In this document: in pieces, positions 38,621 to 51,753 of the stretch
Layout of the letters: each line of letters starts with the position of its first letter
Numbering within the stretch: position 1 is the first letter of the stretch
Origin: Octopus bimaculoides
Taxonomy: Eukaryota
Direction: 5' to 3'
DNA length: 64,000 nt
NCBI RefSeq assembly: GCF_001194135.2
Contig: NC_068985.1
Location: 120,025,043-120,089,042 of the forward strand
The notes under the pieces: generated by a model
Database searches by the model: none
Seen by the model: the letters and a program-made list of their open reading frames with translations, nothing else
Told to the model about the DNA's origin: nothing
Translations under genes and position numbers: made by a program

Positions 38621-39178
38621 GCAAGGTAACTAGTTAGAAAGTCTCTATAAGAGATGAAAGTGGTAACTATACTGAGAAGTAATGTTTATCACCACATCAA
38701 TATAACTGTTCTGTAAGAACCGATGTTACTATGGTTCTTAATCGCAGCGGGAGACTCCTCCAGCTGGTTTTCGATGCAATCTACACCCGCTATGTATTGA
38801 AAGCAGGGAAGCGAACTCCTACCATCTTCTAGTAGACGGCGGGACCACCAGACCGTACTGTTTTGTGGCTGTTTCTGCCCATTCTCAGTGGTAGACACCC
38901 GTCCGCTACGGATAGTAATTTGCTCCAGCTCGCAATATATAGAAAAATAAGTAACAATTAGTCACTGATCCTGCAACAAGCAAAATAGCTAGTTAGAAAA
39001 TCTCAATGAGATGAAAGTAGTAGCTATACTGAGAAGTAATGTTTATCACCACATCAATGCAGCTGTTCCGTGGGAACCGACGTCACTGCCGTTTGTAACA
39101 CCGGGAGGCACGTCCTCCGGCTGGTTATCAATGATATATATTGCAAGCAGGGGAGCGAACCCCTATTAACCTCCTATG
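38621..39178. repeat. Two diverged direct repeats of about 200 bp with a 357-bp period
   Basis: Identical 35-mer ctatactgagaagtaatgtttatcaccacatcaat at 38667-38701 and 39024-39058; flanks are colinear but diverged. Confidence 0.85.
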
Positions 39179-39265
39179 TAGAAGACACTTACCCAAGGTG
39201 CCATTGAGGGAATGAACCCAGATCCACGTGGTTGCGAAGCAATCTTACCACACAGGCACTCATGT
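39179..39265 (-). mobile_element. Family-A SINE head fragment
   Basis: tagaagacacttacccaaggtgcc..gaacccagatccacgtggttgcgaagc..accacacag. Confidence 0.75.
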
Positions 39266-40284
39266 ATACAAATCAGAGACACACATTTACACATATACAC
39301 ACTCATATATACACGGTGTCCGTAAATCATCTTTACAACTTCAACAATTCATCGTCTAAATGTGTTGCGTGCAACTAATGGAGCTCCCGTTGAGTTGTTG
39401 CAAAGTTTTAAATAAACGTTATTTGTTTGCGTTTGCTTTCCGATGAACTTTACTGAGTTATACTTTTAAAAAAAATGTTCCTTTCCTGCCACCGAGACAA
39501 AAACAATTTCCAGCTTATAACCTAGGATAAAGAAGCGATTCTCTCCCCTAAAGTACGCACATTCTCTCTTCCCCCCTCTCTTTCCTCCCCCCTCTCTCTC
39601 TCACTACCATAATACCACGTCCAGCAAGCAACAACACGTGAATACAAAACGATGTCTGAATTTCAAATCTTATCCACTGGAACACTTAGCCTGAAAGACA
39701 AGGTAAGATGAAATATAAAAGGGCATAACCCGAATTCATCTTGAGGGATGAAGCGAAGGAAAAACAAGCCACGAAGCTCAGAATTTGAACCCGATAAAGA
39801 CAACGACAGGGACTGTGCTAACCTGTAACAGAAACATATACATGTGGCTACACTGAAGGCCGTAATGCAGGGCGATTACACTAGACATAAATATACGGAG
39901 AGAAGCAACATTATAAACTACGCATGAAAAGAATGTTTTATCTCTCAGCATCTCTCAATCAGACTTTAGATGGACTAATTAAAAAAAAACCAATAAACAA
40001 GAAAAGTAAATTTGATATCATGAAAAAAAAAACGAAATAAGTTCAATACCCGAATATTCTGTAACAATTAGGAACCGTGTGATAAAAAAGGCAGGCGCTT
40101 TTCTTTTCTTTCCTTTGACCAAGAGAAACACAAACAACTTTCCAATTTAAAAACTACAAAAAAGAATTGGTTCTCTCCCTCGAGGTACATAGATTCTCTG
40201 TTCGTCTCTCTCACTCTCACTGCCATAATATCAAATCCAGCAAGCAACAAACAAATATATATATATATATATATATTTATACAT

Positions 40285-40384
40285 ATGACACAATGCTGGA
40301 GCAACAAATCAACTTCACACGAATCGGCTTCGATAATCGGTCTCTTTGCTGAACCGCTAGTTTACAGGGCAAGGACTCTCTCTG

Positions 40385-40421
<37 letters not shown>

Positions 40422-40510
40422 AACACACGCACACATACATATGCAGTGGATTCCCACATAGTTTCCGTCTAGTAAACTCTCTAACAAAACATTGGAAGGC
40501 CAGCACATAT
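40285..40510 (-). mobile_element. Degenerate family-A SINE
   Basis: atgctggagc..cggtctctttgctgaaccgctag, microsatellite, then agtttccgtcta. Confidence 0.6.
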
Positions 40511-40819
40511 CGTATCTAATCTCACTTTTCAAAGTTTGTTGCAGTGAGATGATGGAATTTTGACTATTATTTGTACTAGGTCGCTTCACTCCATGTCCAC
40601 TACCAGTGGCTTCGTCTATGACTCAGTGTTCACGTAGGGATGAGTTGCATATCCCTTCAAGAAAACAAGAATAAAAGAAGTACAACAGAGACAGGTTCGC
40701 TGTCAGTTGCTCCTCCTCCTTCTGCCCTCCTACTACCAATTATCATCCTTAGCTTCGTCAACATCATTGTCGTCAATCGTTTGTCTTCCACATCCCTACC
40801 TCTCTTCACAACCCCCACC

Positions 40820-40912
40820 TTAACATCATCATTATCATCATCTTCATCATCATCATCGCTCTTGTCTCTATCATTCACCTATCTTCCACCTATCTTGTCC
40901 TCTTCCTCCTTC

Positions 40913-40945
<33 letters not shown>

Positions 40946-41160
40946 AGTAAATATACTATATCTCACTATCAAAACATGTATTGCTATTGACGTGATAATC
41001 TCGATCATTGTCATCCTACTCTTCCCCATTAATATCATCATCATCGTCTTGTTTATCATCATCTTTATCATCATCATCATCATCATCATCGTCATCATCA
41101 TCATCATCATCATCGTCGTCATCATCATCATCAACATATACATCATCATCCTCATCCAAT
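40820..41160 (+). repeat. (CAT)n-rich low-complexity region
   Basis: Imperfect CAT/CGT triplet arrays; source of the poly-Ser, poly-Ile and poly-Met ORFs. Confidence 0.9.
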
Positions 41161-42399
41161 CTTCTTTTCCATTCCCCCTTATCTCCATACTTCCCTCCTC
41201 CTTATCCTCCCCTCAACCATCTCTTCTAGGTCCTCTCTCGCCAATCTTCTTCCACATCCACACCTATCTCTCTCCTTATCCTCGTCGAAGTTTGCGAACA
41301 ATGGCAAAAATGTCATGATAACTGAATGAAGAATATTCATATTATTTTTAAAGGTGTCATGGTTTCATACAGTACGAATTATTATTTGTGCAAAAATTGT
41401 CTCTCATTCCCCTTCGGTATTCAATGAAAATAATAATAACAAAACAACCAAAGAAAGCTATTCTCTCCCATTAAAATGTCATCTGCTTTTGGCGGGAATA
41501 TAGAAACACCATTCAGAATTTTATTATGAAGGACTATTGATTTTTCTCTTGCATGTTAGAAACAGAAATGAATCCACCGCATTGAGAAACGATCAAGATT
41601 GTGGTAAAATTGACAAAATGTATTGAAGTAAGATGATATGGAAGAAAAAAACAAATCAACAATATTATTGATAGGTTAGGAAGAAGAGAAAACTTTTCTT
41701 TTGTAAGAAAAAGAAAAATATTTGAACGTGCATGCCTTTCCCATGAAGATTAACGTTATGAGTGAAGTTTATTGTTGATTTCTATCATGAAGACAATGGC
41801 TCAAAGTTGCTGGAAGGGCATTGTAGATCGGATCGGTATCCAAACGTGACAGGTAGTTGATTTTTATCGGTTTTGGAATGGTAAAAAGTAAATTTGATCT
41901 CGCAGGAATTTGAACTCAGCATCTAGCGATATTGTCAATATTGAATGTTCCTTTAAATCAAATAAGGACAAGGATTTCGTATATACTTAGTGTGGATCTA
42001 ATACAGAGGTGATTCTCTACTTGATCGTCCAAACTGCTAGCAATGGCAGTAAAATATATTTTACTTGAAATAAAATCCAACTATTTTAGGAAAAAGAGAA
42101 GTCACATTCGAGTAAGTGTGGTACTAAATGGGATTACCACGGCTGAAATATATTTTGAGGCCAAACGAAAGTAATAAATACAAAACAGCTACACCTACAG
42201 CCTCCATAACAGCAACCCTAGCAAAAACAAAAGAGTTCAAAACGTCCTCTGTTCACTCGAAACAATTCATTATATTTTAAAGAAAGACAATGGAAAATCG
42301 TGGCAATCAATGCCTTTTCCTCTATTTTTAACGCCGGTAAAATCTTTTCATGAGTTCTTCAGAGGAGGAAATAAACCTCCATGATATTTTGCAAGGATC

Positions 42400-42960
42400 T
42401 GTGACTATTTGATACAAAAGTTGGAGTTATCCTTCAGACCAGAGACGGCCCTAAATATTTACAATAAAGCATGCCTTAATTATAACAAGGCCTTCTCAAG
42501 AATCAGATGGTTTCTGGTGGTGGTGACGGTATTAAAGTATGAGACGGAATCGTGCTTTCAAGATAGAAGAATGAGCTCACCTGTGGCAGAGGAAAATCAT
42601 CAATCACGGTCGGCTGAGAAGGGCGAGCATGAGAAGGTTGACTGCTGAACTTCACTTTCTTCAATGATGCATTGAGGACCGAGCCAAAGATAGGAATTGT
42701 TAATTGAGTTCATCCTGCGTTGAAGAGAGGCGAAGATATGAGTTGGGGCAACTGAATGATCAGTATACTGAACCTTGTACACTGTAGTCGAGAGGGGTTT
42801 TTGATGTGGCTTTCAGGCAGGGAGTCTTAAATCACTGTCATCATAGCAATACCTGATACGCAGTCCGTCTTGTTCGATGAACTATCACATGGAAAGAAGG
42901 CTTACAACCTTCAGGTAAGCAATACGGGGGCAAGGATACATCTTTGCTTTACCCCAACCT
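42400..42960 (-). mobile_element. RTE-clade LINE reverse-transcriptase fragment
   Basis: Minus strand GVKQRCILAPVL (cf. GVKQGCVLAPTLF), VQYTDHSVAPTH (cf. LFADDCAL..H), LQRRMN, IDDFPLPQVSSFFYLEST. Confidence 0.85.
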
Positions 42961-43008
42961 AGACATCAAAGTGTTTTGAGGCTGCTTCACCATCAAGTGT
43001 CATTTGTG

Positions 43009-43059
<51 letters not shown>

Positions 43060-44510
43060 CGTGTTAACCCACAGAGTGCATACTGTGCAGAAATATTCAA
43101 AGTGGGACCTGACAAAGGTAGAGAAGTGAAGAATGATACTATTACAACTTCCGGACTGGAATTTTCGAAGGATCTATGTGTACATGTCGCCTGCATTGTT
43201 GAAGTGAGCGCTCAGCTCATATTTATAATGAAGAACATCATTAGTTTTCTCCTTTCTGTACAATTTAAACAGAACACAGCACTTTAACATGGAACGACGT
43301 ATGATGAGACGCAAATTTGACAAATATCCTTAATGTTTCTTCCATAGAACGGTAGTTCGTCGTCTACAACGTCATTCAAATTCCCAAATGAGTAACAATA
43401 TTTTGAAATATTTCTTGGTTATTATGACTATTTTTCTTAATTATCGGCAACTAATTGCGGCCCGTAAGACACTATTAATATGATAAACATGAATTGGATA
43501 TCTAGTTTCAGGTGGCAGTTAGATTGGTTTCGGGAAAAACCTAAGTAATTTGTAAAAGTAACAGCACCTAGCCCAGTACGACATTGATCGCCGTATCAGA
43601 TTCAACCATCAAGCTGAGCGTTAATAAATCTCAAACGTGTTTTCGACGTCTTCATATTTCACACTTGGTAGCAATTTCTAGATAAATCGATCGATTTTTT
43701 TTTTCACTTATCAGGAGAGAATGAAAATGTCATGTTTAGAACTGACTGGCTAGGCTGAAAATCTCATCAAAGTTGTGGCTGGTATAACATTCGGAAAGCA
43801 AGTAAACAAACGGAAAAGAAAATGGAAGAAAAACAGACACAATCACACACACACAATGTGTATGCTTATCTATATATATACACGTACGTATGTGTGTATG
43901 TATGTATGTATGTATGTATGTATGTATGTATGCATGTATGTATGTATATATATATATATATATATGCATGTATGAATGTATATATGTATGTATGTACTAA
44001 ATTTGACAGTTTGCTTAAAAGAAAATGAAAACGCCCATCCCATCCAAACATAAATTTATTTTAAAAAATCAAGACATATCAACTAGATTATGTCCAGAAG
44101 ATAGGTTTCCTCAAAGGAAACGCCCTTAGCTCCCACCAAGCCACCAAGACCTGAACACGGTTCTGGATTCCGGCGTATGCGTTAATCATTGAGTCCCTTG
44201 GAAGATTTTCCAACACCTACGTGATCTTTGCCCAAGTTCGGCGTTGGTGCTACAAGTAGAGCAATTAGTGCCCATCTGAAACGTAATCCACACATATTAA
44301 TCCATGAAATTACAGTCAGTGAAATTAGGAGGCCATAAATAGGGGCGAGTGAAGTCGTAGAAATATTCCGACAACTATTTCGGACGCTTTGCAAGTAGTA
44401 GTGAGCGAAAAACACAAGTACAAAGACATGCATATAGACGTGTGTGTGTGTATGTATGTATGTATATATGTATATATATGTATATATCTATCTATCTATC
44501 TATCTATCTA

Positions 44511-44596
<86 letters not shown>

Positions 44597-45079
44597 TGTT
44601 AGTAAAGATAAATACAAAAAAGGGGTTTTGTATGATTGTGTATAGAGAAATATATTATTTTGTTTAAAAGAGTTCCAACTCTGTCTGATTTTTATGTTTT
44701 ATTTATATTCTTGTAAAATTTATGTGGGATATAGAATATGAAATATACAATATATAATATAAAAATGGATGGTACAATGAAATAAAGTATTGAATGTCTT
44801 ATTGAATATATGGAATATGTCTTATGGAATATGTCTTATTCAATATAAAGGATTAAATATATAAAGGCGAATACGTATTTTCTATACCTTGTGGTATTTC
44901 ATCATGGCCGGTATGACAGACTTTAACAGACTATATATATATATATATAATATGTGACAATTATTCGGTAGCAACGATAAAACTCCAAGTTTCTAATGTC
45001 GGGGCGGAAACCCACGGCGCCATCTCTTCAGTTACCTGGCCATCGAAAATGCTATGAAAATGACCGTTAAACATGCAGG

Positions 45080-45460
45080 GATAAAAGTTTGTGCCCACTA
45101 AATGGAGTTTGCATGTCCGAGACCATCACTTATAAAGCCACCGTGAACTCTATATCCAGTAAGGACACAGTTTCGACGAAGAAATACGTGAGCCTTACCG
45201 ACGCTGATTTCAAGGTCAAGTTCAATAATCACACCTTGAGTTTCAGGCGCTGGAATAAAAGGAAAACGACCAAATTATCCAGTCATATATGTTCCTTAGA
45301 AGATAAAGATGTCAGTTACAACATCTATCGGAAGATCTTAGCCAAGTGTAAACCTTACACCAACGTCAGCAGAAAGTGCGGTCTTTGTGATATGGAAAGA
45401 TGGCTCATCTGAAAAGGCAGCTTATATAAAAACTTCGTATGTAAAGGCACTTCTGAATCA
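45080..45460 (+). mobile_element. Penelope-like (Neptune-type) GIY-YIG endonuclease relic
   Basis: CPLNGVCMSETITYKATV..KYVSLTDADFKVKFNNHTLSF..TTKLSSHICSL..YNIYRKILAKCKPYTNVSRKCGLCDMER. Confidence 0.9.
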
Positions 45461-45628
45461 CTCTGTATATACATATATGTCCATACACATATGTGAAATA
45501 AGGAAGAAAGACGTAGGAATTGAAGGTAATATGATAAGTAGTTGTTAATGTTAGTACAAGGCCTAGCAATTATTACATTAGTATGTGCATAAGCACACAT
45601 CTATATCTACACACACGCACACACACAG

Positions 45629-45673
<45 letters not shown>

Positions 45674-45921
45674 NNNNNNNNNNNNNNNNNNNNNNNNNNN
45701 NNNNNNNNNNNNNNNNNNNNNNNNNNNNNNNNNNNNNNNNNNNNNNNNNNNNNNNNNNNNNNNNNNNNNNNNNNNNNNNNNNNNNNNNNNNNNNNNNNNN
45801 NNNNNNNNNNNNNNNNNNNNNNNNNNNNNNNNNNNNNNNNNNNNNNNNNNNNNNNNNNNNNNNNNNNNNNNNNNNNNNNNNNNNNNNNNNNNNNNNNNNN
45901 TATATATATATATATATACAT

Positions 45922-45970
<49 letters not shown>

Positions 45971-46554
45971 CATATATACATACACATACAAACACACACA
46001 CATATATATACCTACCTACATACATACATACATACATACATACACACACATACACACACGCACAACACACACATATGTACATGTGTATATATATAAATAT
46101 ATATATTGATATATAAATATTCTTATACATACGCATATATGAATGATCACATATTCACTAGACAACATAGAATTTGCACTGAAGGCAGAAAGCGCATGAG
46201 TGGAGGTGAGGGATTGGGAAGGAAGAAAAGGAATATTTTGAGGTGCAGCTAGGGAATGTTTAGAGAAATGGATAGGGAATATAGAAGTGAGGTTTGAAAT
46301 GAAGCATTAATAAAATTACTGAAAATCATAGTTATGGGAATTGAACGTGGGTGTTCGGGAATTGAAAAACTACACAAAGTCACACGGGTACCGATGTAAG
46401 TTTAAGCACTAACAACAATGTTTATAAAATTTGTTTTTTAATCTTTTTGCAATAATAATTACAGAATTGGCCAATAGTCATTGTCTCTTAGATAAACAAA
46501 TAATGATTTTTATAATATTTCCGGCTAGAAAAACAATGACTAGTTATGTCATAG

Positions 46555-47146
46555 ATATACACATAATGGAAGTCTGTCGGGGTTCGACAATGACGTCAGT
46601 GACACCGGAGGTGGGAGCGGAGCCCAAAGGCGGACGCGCAGACGCGGCCATATGTTGGGTACGTAACAGCGAAAGTAGGGTTGGGGATCCTCTATTTTCG
46701 GGCTTGTTGCTTCCGGTCCAGGCTCTTGAGACGCTTTCCCTCGAACAGCCTGACACCCTTTTGGTCAGCTGGACGCCAAGCGCCACGGTCAGTTGCAAGC
46801 GATTCCCAGCCAAGGACTGAAATGCTGCAGGCTTCGAGGGAAGTTTCCAGGTTGTCCTTGCATCGCCTCAGTGGCCTTCCAGGGTTTCTCGGTCCAGAGG
46901 CCAGCTCAGACAAGATCATCTTTAGTAGACGCGCGTCGTCCATTCGGACTACATGTCGGGACCCACAGGAGCTGGGCCTTCATGATGAGGGCTTCGATCC
47001 CGGGCATTTCGGCTCTGCGAAGCACCTCAGTGTCGGAGACTCTGTCCTCGCAGGAAATTCACATGATTCATCACAAGCAGCGGAGGTGGAACTGGTCAAG
47101 TACTCGCATTTGCCTCCCATACAACGTCCACGTCCACAGCCGTATA
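46555..47146 (-). mobile_element. RTE-clade LINE 3' end (relatively well preserved)
   Basis: RMDDARLLKMILSELASGPRNPGRP..WESLATDRGAWR..FEGKRL, then a single degenerate C2H2 GRVCASAFGLRSHLRCH* and a short 3' tail. Confidence 0.92.
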
Positions 47147-47478
47147 GCTTACATACATACATGCATGCATACATACATACATACATACATGCATACATAC
47201 ATACATACATGCATGCATACATACATACATACAAACATACATACATACATACACACACATACATGCATACATACATATATACTCACACACACACACATAC
47301 ATACATACACACACACACACATACACGCACACTCACCCTCACAATGCGCACGGAGATGCATACACACATGTATTTGTTTTTGTGTATAGTTTATATTTCG
47401 ACCATTTTAATTACTTACTTCATTACTTTTAGAATGAATTTCATGTCGAAGTGCTGAATCTATTTTATAAAAAAATTC

Positions 47479-47640
47479 GTAGGTGCAGGTGTAGCTGTGT
47501 GGGAAGCAGCTTTCATTCTTTCGGAGTCGATTAAGTAAGTACCAGTTACGTACTGGGGTCGATGTAACCGACTTAATCCCTTTGTCTGTCCTTGCTTGTC
47601 TCCTCTCTGTTTAGCATTCTTGGGCAATAATGAAATAAAT
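47479..47640 (+). mobile_element. Chimeric SINE: family-A head joined to family-B body
   Basis: gtaggtgcaggtgtagctgtgtgggaagcagct (family-A 5' end) joins directly to ttcattctttcggagtcgattaagtaagtaccagtt..cttaatccctttgtctgtcc (family-B body). Confidence 0.7.
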
Positions 47641-48989
47641 ATAAATCTACATATATTAACCAGAAAAATTCTAAAGCCATATTCCGCAACGTGACGTAAG
47701 AACTACATTAATTAACCTAATAAAATAGGCTACTTGATTGCAGAAAAGAAAGACCAGCCAGCCTCAGTCATTACATACAAACACCACACAGAACACACGT
47801 AAAACTTAACACTAAACAACTAAAAATGAAACTAACAAAAAAATAAATCATAGAAAACCTGAACATTTGCAAATATGGTTATCCAATATAAAATACAAAA
47901 CTCTACGTGTAAAATTCTGTACAAATAAATAAACAACATCAACAGCTGTAATAACGGCCGCACCACATCAGGGTTCACAATAGCAACATCAAATAAACAT
48001 AGCCACACGAGAACAGGAAGCAAACAGCCTTATGAAGCATGTTTCAAAAGATCAGCTGCCAAAACCTACATAGCGAAGACACGAAAACAAAATGCACATC
48101 ACGCCACTCTAACCATGACTTCTACGCGCCATCACGAGTGTTTTTCGTAATCGTTTGATTCGGTAGAAATAATACGAATATCCTTCAAATCACATCCTGC
48201 CATCTTAAACTATAAGGCCATATTAGAAAATGCAATGTGGAAAATATGAGGGGCTGGAAGGCGTTTTATCGAAAGTTTGCTCACTCAGAGTAATCTTCTG
48301 GCTAAACAAGAGAAACAACGACAACAACATTGAAATACGTAAAGCAATCAGGAACTCAAAATATGTGTCAAAGGTCAGCCGACGCAGTGGAACCGAACAT
48401 CTTTCAGCTCATGGCACCATCTTGGAATCCTTAATTTTTCTCTGGTCCCTTAGATATTAGCAAAGAAAAAAATACTTCAATTTTCTAACTAATAGTTAGC
48501 AGGAAAAGGTCATTTTTGAAAATGTGAAAAACCTTCAATAAAATTAAATGTTTTAGAAAATTTTTCAAATAGTAACAAAACTTTAAATTTTAATCGTTCT
48601 AAATATTTTAATTATTGTGAAATTTATTTCTATGACTTTTTAAAAATTGATAATTTGTAATGAAGACAATTTTTCAACAAAAAATATATAACAATACACA
48701 TTGAATTTTTTTAATGTTCAACTGGTTTCTATCATTAACGTAATAAACTCATAAAAATATCAGTGTCTGATAATTGCACATTTATTCTCGATTATTCTAT
48801 TTCAAAAATACAGAAATATTTTATGGGTCCAATAAAGCAGCCATACACAATCACACGTTATTTTTCTCATGTAACACGCATAAGAAAAAAAAAACCTTAT
48901 TGATATCCCCTTCAAAAACATCATTCTTTTTTAAGCACAAAGCCGAAATCCATTAGCAAAATAAAAATGAAAATATCTCGTATTACCTT

Positions 48990-49900
48990 TTTACTGTATT
49001 TATTCAATGAGATCCTTGTGGTTGATGCAGTTTCGCAGGTTATTCCATATAAAGATCCATAGCTGTTAGCGACAAACGAATATCAACTCGCAATTCCTGA
49101 ATGATTACCAACTTTTGATGGTAGGAATGATACTTGGTAAGAAGTAAGAAAGGTAATGTAATATGGTTTTGCTTCCTGCGAAAGCAATGAAAATTTCAAA
49201 GTAATTTTACTATTTGTCAATGTGGTATTGAGCTCCTGGTTGAATTTAGTTTGAGTAATGTAATTACTCTACAGCTCAACAAGGTTTACTTGCAATCTGA
49301 TTTCAACATCAGCTGCATTTGTTCCAATAGCATTTTCATCTAATATGGAATGTTCATTTTCAGTAAATCATTGAATCTAATTTCCATATCATGTGCGATC
49401 GATTTTTTTTTCTCCAATTACTATATGTACATTATAATACCGTTTTCTTACAAATCCTCCTCAATAGTGGCAAAGGTTGGAAATAGCATCAATTCCTTAC
49501 GCCCAATATTTAACCTGAACAGTTTAGGTTTTCCAAGGAGAACACTGGTAGGCTCTTCGGAAATTAAAAGACCTGTATTTTTATCTTGTAGCTCTTTGCT
49601 CAACTGATTGTCATCGGTGCTGAAGTCATGCTTGGTTGGAGCATGTTCTGGCAACAAGCATTCCTTTCAAAATATGCCAGGCAGCATAAGTAACTCCTGA
49701 GTACGGTATATTTGTCGCTCCACTAAAGTAACAATGTAGCTGCATCAACTCAATGTGAATCAACAGAAAGTTGACCATGTTGCTTTCCATGTGTGATATG
49801 TAAAATGACAACACATGTAAAAGTTTTCTCTACGATGATAATGATTGGAAAGCGCTAATCATATATGGTGGTATTCATATGGCAAGGTCTGATTTAACTA
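48990..49900 (-). mobile_element. hAT Buster/Charlie-type transposase relic
   Basis: LLIHIELMQL (cf. LLLHTEVRWL), ELQDKN..KPKLFRLNIGRKELMLFPTF, DMEIRFNDLL, and C-terminus DIRLSLTA..LHQPQGSH*. Confidence 0.8.
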
Positions 49901-50659
49901 ATCAATTTTCATTGTTGGTTAGATGGTGCCTTGGGAAAGCAGTACTGAGTATGAAAACGAAAGGAAGAATTCAAAACATGAAAGAAGTACAGAATGATGG
50001 TATACCATGTTTCACATAGAAGTGTGATGCCGTGCATTTTTACCTACATCATTTCTATATTATATATCTAGCATTGGCCTAAGGAAGGAGACAGAGTAGC
50101 GATTTATTCAGTTTAGACAGAATCATGAGTAACATTATAGGATTCCGGGCAAATCAATGCACTGAGATGACTATTAGTTATCCATTGATAGTAAATCACC
50201 ACGTACATAGATCAGAATTGGGCCCCTAGACTCATGAGGATTCCTAGCGACCGCCCAAAGTACCCATGCCTGAAGACGGCATTTTTCATTTACCTTTGGA
50301 TATAGCAGTACTACGAAGTGTAAAGGCTGAAAGTAAAACTCTATTCCTCACTAACAAAGCAAAGCCGTTGATGCGTTATAGTTGAGTGGTTATAGTTGCA
50401 TTCAGCTTGACCAGGTGGGTACTTGAATGAGGGCAGGAAGAAAAAACTAATTCTGTGTGGGCATCACAAAACCAGGCACTGCTGAAAAATGTGGTCTTGT
50501 CAAAAGATGTCGAAAATGTTGTGATCTACTGACAATTCACCTTGGGAATATATTTTCTTATAAAACAAGGTTTAATTTTACAGTTCTATATTTAAGAGAT
50601 GAGGAATTATGTACATTATTTACATTTGACGGATATTTGTCCTCATCTCCTTTATTGTT

Positions 50660-50705
50660 AACACAACGTTTCGGCTGATATACTCTCCAGCCATCAACAG
50701 GTGGC
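50660..50705 (-). ncRNA. Hammerhead motif, family 1, core mutated (CTGTTGA)
   Basis: gccac CTGTTGA t ggctg..cagcc GAAAC GTT gtgtt on the minus strand. Confidence 0.65.
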
Positions 50706-50785
50706 TTGGGGAAATTTCGAACCCGAGTTCTCATTCCTAAGGTATTTTTCCGATGTTGTTGTTGTTATTATCATCATCATCATCC

Positions 50786-50878
<93 letters not shown>

Positions 50879-50946
50879 GGCGTGGTGATTAAGAGCGCGG
50901 GCTCCTAACCCCAAGATTCCACGTTTGATTCCAGGCATTGAATTGA

Positions 50947-50947
<1 letters not shown>
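50879..50947 (+). promoter_or_regulatory. tRNA-Arg(CCT)-like SINE head with Pol III A/B boxes
   Basis: A-box-like ggcgtggtgattaagagc, anticodon-loop-like CTCCTAA at 50902-50908, B-box-like gtttgattcc. Not a complete cloverleaf. Confidence 0.7.
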
Positions 50948-51004
<57 letters not shown>

Positions 51005-51069
51005 TAATAATAATAATTACATCGGAAAAATACCTTAGGAATGAGAACCCAGGTTCGAAATTTCCCCAA

Positions 51070-51115
51070 GACACCTGATGAAGGCTGGAGGCTATATCAG
51101 CCAAAGCATTGTGTT
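51070..51115 (+). ncRNA. Hammerhead motif, family 1, GAAA strand mutated
   Basis: gacac CTGATGA a ggctg..cagcc AAAGCATT gtgtt (the intact copy has GAAACGTT). Confidence 0.6.
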
Positions 51116-51302
51116 AACAACAAAAAAGATAAGGACAAGTATCCGTCGAATGTAAATAATGTAACTATATTATACATTTATATGTGTTAGATTATGCATT
51201 TATGCATATATGCATCTGTATATCTTTATCTATCTATCTATTTATCTATCTGTCTACCTGTCTATCTATCTATACCCATACACATATACGCACACACACA
51301 CA

Positions 51303-51350
<48 letters not shown>

Positions 51351-51708
51351 TATATGTATATAAACAAACACGCAATACACACACACATACACATACAAAC
51401 ACTCATTTGCACACGATCAGCTATAAATACACGCACGTACAGGAAAAAATCAAGCTTCGTGCAGACAAATGTTGGTTAGCGTTAACAGACTTTTTTATTA
51501 GTAAAGTATAAAGTTTCATTTATTAATTGGTAAAAATGTTGGTTTGTCACAGAAGTGTCAAAATATTCATTATCCTAAATGACAATAGCGTGAAACGAAC
51601 GATTAATTAACTTCTACAAATATGAGGGAGGATATTTAGTATATAAATATTTAGAGAGGTCGTTAAAGAGTGAGTTAGATAATTGCATATATAAGTAGGA
51701 AGATAAAT

Positions 51709-51753
<45 letters not shown>

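Larger units (their letters stand above)
50596..51163. mobile_element. Palindromic family-1 composite: inverted tail+(AAT)n, tRNA-like head, (AAT)n+tail
   Basis: Minus-strand tail at 50596-50755, (CAT)/(TAT) array to 50876, head at 50879-50947, (AAT)n at 50948-51017, plus-strand tail at 51018-51163. Arms are clearly colinear. Confidence 0.88.

Noticed and set aside
43050-43290. Open stretch VNPQSAYCAEIFKVGPDK.. as a host exon
   Set aside because: No recognisable homology or splice evidence; short open frames are expected by chance.
44182-44433. 83-aa minus-strand ORF with a hydrophobic stretch as a host exon
   Set aside because: No recognisable domain, starts in microsatellite-adjacent sequence, and no supported splice sites or partner exons.
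47680-48130. A-rich stretch resembling a LINE endonuclease region
   Set aside because: No diagnostic APE or RT motif could be read.
50706-50888. Poly-His/poly-Tyr ORF
   Set aside because: It is the (CAT)n(TAT)n arm of the palindromic element.
50879-50947. Functional tRNA-Arg gene
   Set aside because: Anticodon and acceptor stems do not pair fully and it is embedded in a repeated composite, so it is treated as a SINE head. The same applies to all other tRNA-like heads.
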